DNA from: Hormiphora californensis
Lineage: Eukaryota; Animalia; Ctenophora
Assembly (NCBI GenBank): GCA_020137815.1
Contig: CM035355.1
Coordinates: 3,720,001 to 3,784,000, forward strand
Length of the DNA stretch: 64,000 nucleotides
Reading direction: 5' to 3'
Under the pieces are notes generated by a model. The model worked only from the letters and a program-made list of their open reading frames with translations, ran no database searches and had not been told where the DNA came from. The translations under genes were made by a program, and so were the position numbers. Within the stretch, counting starts at the first letter, position 1. Each line of letters opens with the position of its first letter. Shown piece after piece: positions 60,600 to 64,000 of the stretch.

Positions 60600-61204
60600 C
60601 TGTGTGATTTTAAATGACTGAGACTGGTATATTGCGAATTGCGTGAAAACTATGGCATCTTTCGACTTCAAATTTTGGGACATGATAAAACTAGGTTGTA
60701 GCAATTTTCTCCTAGTTTTACAGCAAATTTCAATGTTCCTGAATGAATCTATTGCCCAAAAACCTCCTCCAACTTTACACAGTCATATCTCTGGAGTCTA
60801 ATGAGATAGAGAGTTCAAATTTTTAGGAGAGACAGATAAGACGATTTCGAATGTTTTGTCTGCTTTACGAGTTGCTACATTTTACCATTTGTTCACAGGA
60901 ACTGTTTAAAGTGATGTAACACGCTCTAATTAGGCCAAATTTAGGTCATTTTACCCCTCAAAGATCACATGTCCAGCTGCATCTAGTGGGCTAATGAGGC
61001 CTTGAACACGCATACGTCACGTGCTACTGTAGGACTACAGCTCTCCTTTTCCATCTTGAACCAGCAGACATGATCATGGTGTCTGGAAGTGGTAACAAGC
61101 TGTAGAAAACCAGACAGACTAGATGCTCTCTACTTCAACGTATCACTCTCTAGCTCTCCCTTTCTCGTTATAAGGTCACGTGACTGGAATTGGGATCTCG
61201 ACAT

Positions 61205-61283
<79 letters not shown>

Positions 61284-61939
61284 TGTGTGTGTGAGAGTGT
61301 GTGAGAGAGAGAACGCTTTGTAGACATTGTGATCATGTCGAAACGGAGATCCCAATTCCAGTCACGTGACCTTATAACGAGAAAGGGAGAGTGATACGTT
61401 GAAGTAGAGAGCATCTAGTCTGTCTGGTTTTCTACAGCTTGTTACCACTTCCAGACACCATGATCATGTCTGCTGGTTCAAGATGGAAAAGGAGAGCGCT
61501 GTAGTCCTACAGTAACACGTGACGTATGCGTGTTCAAGGCCTCATTAGCCCACTAGATGCAGCTGGACATGTGATCTTTGAGGGGTAAAATGACCTAAAT
61601 TTGGCCTAATTAGAGCGTGTTACATCACTTTAAACAGTTCCTGTGAACAAATGGTAAAATGTAGCAACTCGTAAAGCAGACAAAACATTCGAAATCGTCT
61701 TATCTGTCTCTCCTAAAAATTTGAACTCTCTATCTCATTAGACTCCAGAGATATGACTGTGTAAAGTTGGAGGAGGTTTTTGGGCAATAGATTCATTCAG
61801 GAACATTGAAATTTGCTGTAAAACTAGGAGAAAATTGCTACAACCTAGTTTTATCATGTCCCAAAATTTGAAGTCGAAAGATGCCATAGTTTTCACGCAA
61901 TTCGCAATATACCAGTCTCAGTCATTTAAAATCACACAG
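60600..61939. mobile_element. 1.34-kb foldback element (about 600-bp near-perfect arms, GA spacer, TA TSD)
   Basis: 60600 to about 61200 is the reverse complement of about 61345-61939. Confidence 0.9.
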
Positions 61940-62199
61940 TACAATAGTGGGGTGAGTGAAGTAGGGACATAAATTGGCCGGGGATTGAAGGAAAGGGGAG
62001 AGTTAGGGAAATTAAAAACACGTTGTTGATGAGGTGAGACAAATAAAACCAAATGATATGAATTTCTCCAACTTTTCTATCTCTTCTTCTCTTCATCTCG
62101 TCATTCTTCCTCTCTCTCTCAGACTTCTTCTATAGTCTTTTCAAAAATGACCTATTAAAGATCTATAAATAGCAAAAACCCTAACACCCATAGCACTAT

Positions 62200-63964
62200 C
62201 TAAGAAGATTCTAGTTCAGCTAAAAGTTTCCGCGTCTCAGCTACAAGATCGTCCCTTGCGATAGTTTTCTCGTCCCTCTGGCTGTTGTTCCGCAACTTGA
62301 CTACCCCCTGCTCCAGCTCACTTTCCCCAATCACAAGACACAATGGGATACCTGGGAGGGGTGTCAGGGGGTTAGTGGTTGAACATTTGATTACAGTTAG
62401 GGGTTGGTGAATGAATATCAAATAGATATGTTGATATATGTTTATAAAATGTCGGTAGGTTTGAAAATATTTCGTCTGCCAAGATTGTCTCAATTCTTTG
62501 AAGCGTGCAACGTCAAAAAGTCTCTTCAATTTCACATGTGTACAGACTACAGGAGTGTACATGAGTTAGTACTATACACAACTTTTTAATAACTATTATA
62601 CCCCCCACAAACAACTTCTTGTACTGTCTTACTTACACAACACAAGAATATACAATGAGTTACAATACAACATGTCTCACACACTAAACAATAACTAATG
62701 GGTGGGGGCTAACTATCTCACCTTCATTTTCAGCGTGTTGGAACTGAGAGAGAAGTTTAGGGTTAGCTTTGTACAGCATCTCTGCGCTAATATCCGCCTT
62801 CCAAAGCAGGTTGAGAAGTTTCATCCTCTCCTTCATTAGTCCCTTTTGTCCACTAACAACTAGCACCTGGGAGAAACAACTTGGTTACCAGATGGGACCT
62901 AAAGCACAATTTCCAAAGTTATCCCTGAGGCTTAGTACATTTTATAATCCTAGTTTAAAATGTACGAACCCTATTTTTACTTTAACGAAAAAGAGGGTCT
63001 GATAAAATCACGTTACCATGACAACTCACCTTGACAACGGAAGTTTTGACATCCTTCATTCTCCTTTCCATGATACTAAAGAGTCGCTCAATGCCAATAC
63101 TAACACCCACACAGGGGATAGATCGACCCTTTGGGGCAAACATACCAACTAAATTGTCGTACCGGCCACCACCTGCTACAGAGCCAATACTATCGTGTGG
63201 GTTATCTGAGGTAGAGAGGTTTAAATAAGAGATCGATCTAAAGTTGTTCACATATTTGGATAAGGATGTTTGTGAGATAACATCACAATACAATATAATC
63301 AGGATTTAATTTCAACTGATTCAATTAGTAAAAACGAGTTTAGTTAACACACCGCTTTCAAGGACTGCCTCAAAGATGGATCCTGTGTAGTAGTCCAAGC
63401 CACGTGCTAAACTCAGGTCAAATGACACATGTTCAAGACACCCAAAGAGCTCACAATACTCCAGTAACAATCGGACATCTGATAGACCCTCCTGTGTTTT
63501 GAATAGTTTGGTAAGTAACTCATTTAGTTAGTTCAACAACGTTACTTTATTACAAACCTTGGCAGTATTATTTTGACCGAGATCAGACTGTTCCAGCTCA
63601 TCCAATAATTCAAAGGTTCCTTTCCTCCTGACAAATGTTCCAATTTTATCCGCTATAGCAGGGTCGAGTCCCTTAGTTTCTACCATTTCCTGCAGTGAAA
63701 TGTTTAGAGAGAAAATGGTACAGAGAAAATGGTACAGTACAATAAATGGCAAATCAATAACAAACTTTGTCTTGCTCGTCCTCGACCCTTTTTTTTTATC
63801 GTAAAGGAGGGTTAGAACATAACAAGACAAACTGTAGTTACCGTTTTGACAGTCTCCCAAGATTCCTTGTCTAGTTTGTCAACCGCACTGCAGATTGGTC
63901 TGAAACTATCGGCGGGAACACCACAAAACTCGAAGATTCCATCCAGAACTTTCCTGTGATTCAC
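62200..63964 (-). CDS. HARS: Histidyl-tRNA synthetase, 3' exons (partial; continues beyond the window)
   Basis: [55 protein letters not shown]. Confidence 0.93.
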
Positions 63965-64000
63965 CTGAACGGAGGGGAGAGAGTTGCAAATAGAGAGTTG

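Overview
Eukaryotic, intron-rich, microsatellite-rich animal DNA. It is probably a ctenophore of the Pleurobrachia type; this rests on my recollection of the 109-bp 'CAGGAACCGACCGA' MITE and on the GPCR style, and is not verified. Host genes: an unidentified multi-exon gene (-, about 4.0-7.6 kb), the terminal exon of RBM28/NOP4, a complete 11-exon diacylglycerol kinase epsilon, an 8-exon class A GPCR, GET4 (-) and the 3' part of histidyl-tRNA synthetase (-). The main structure is a 16.5-kb Penelope-like retroelement (PLE, Neptune-type RT plus C-terminal GIY-YIG) composite at 9096-25660, bounded by (TA)n. It has an inverted 3' segment, minimal hammerhead ribozymes, a separate coiled-coil ORF1 that may join RT by a G_GAU_UUU -1 frameshift, a 20-22 bp long-range self-complementarity, and a terminal tail starting at the ribozyme cut site. 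An intact Ty3/Gypsy element and a 4-kb foldback DNA transposon interrupt its RT ORF. A young gag-only LTR element sharing PBS and PPT with that Gypsy sits in a DGKE intron. Many MITEs are present, including nested ones and ones only 24-110 bp long. Regions 1-3950, about 44480-46050 and about 48790-49570 look like homopolymer-corrupted, low-quality assembly.
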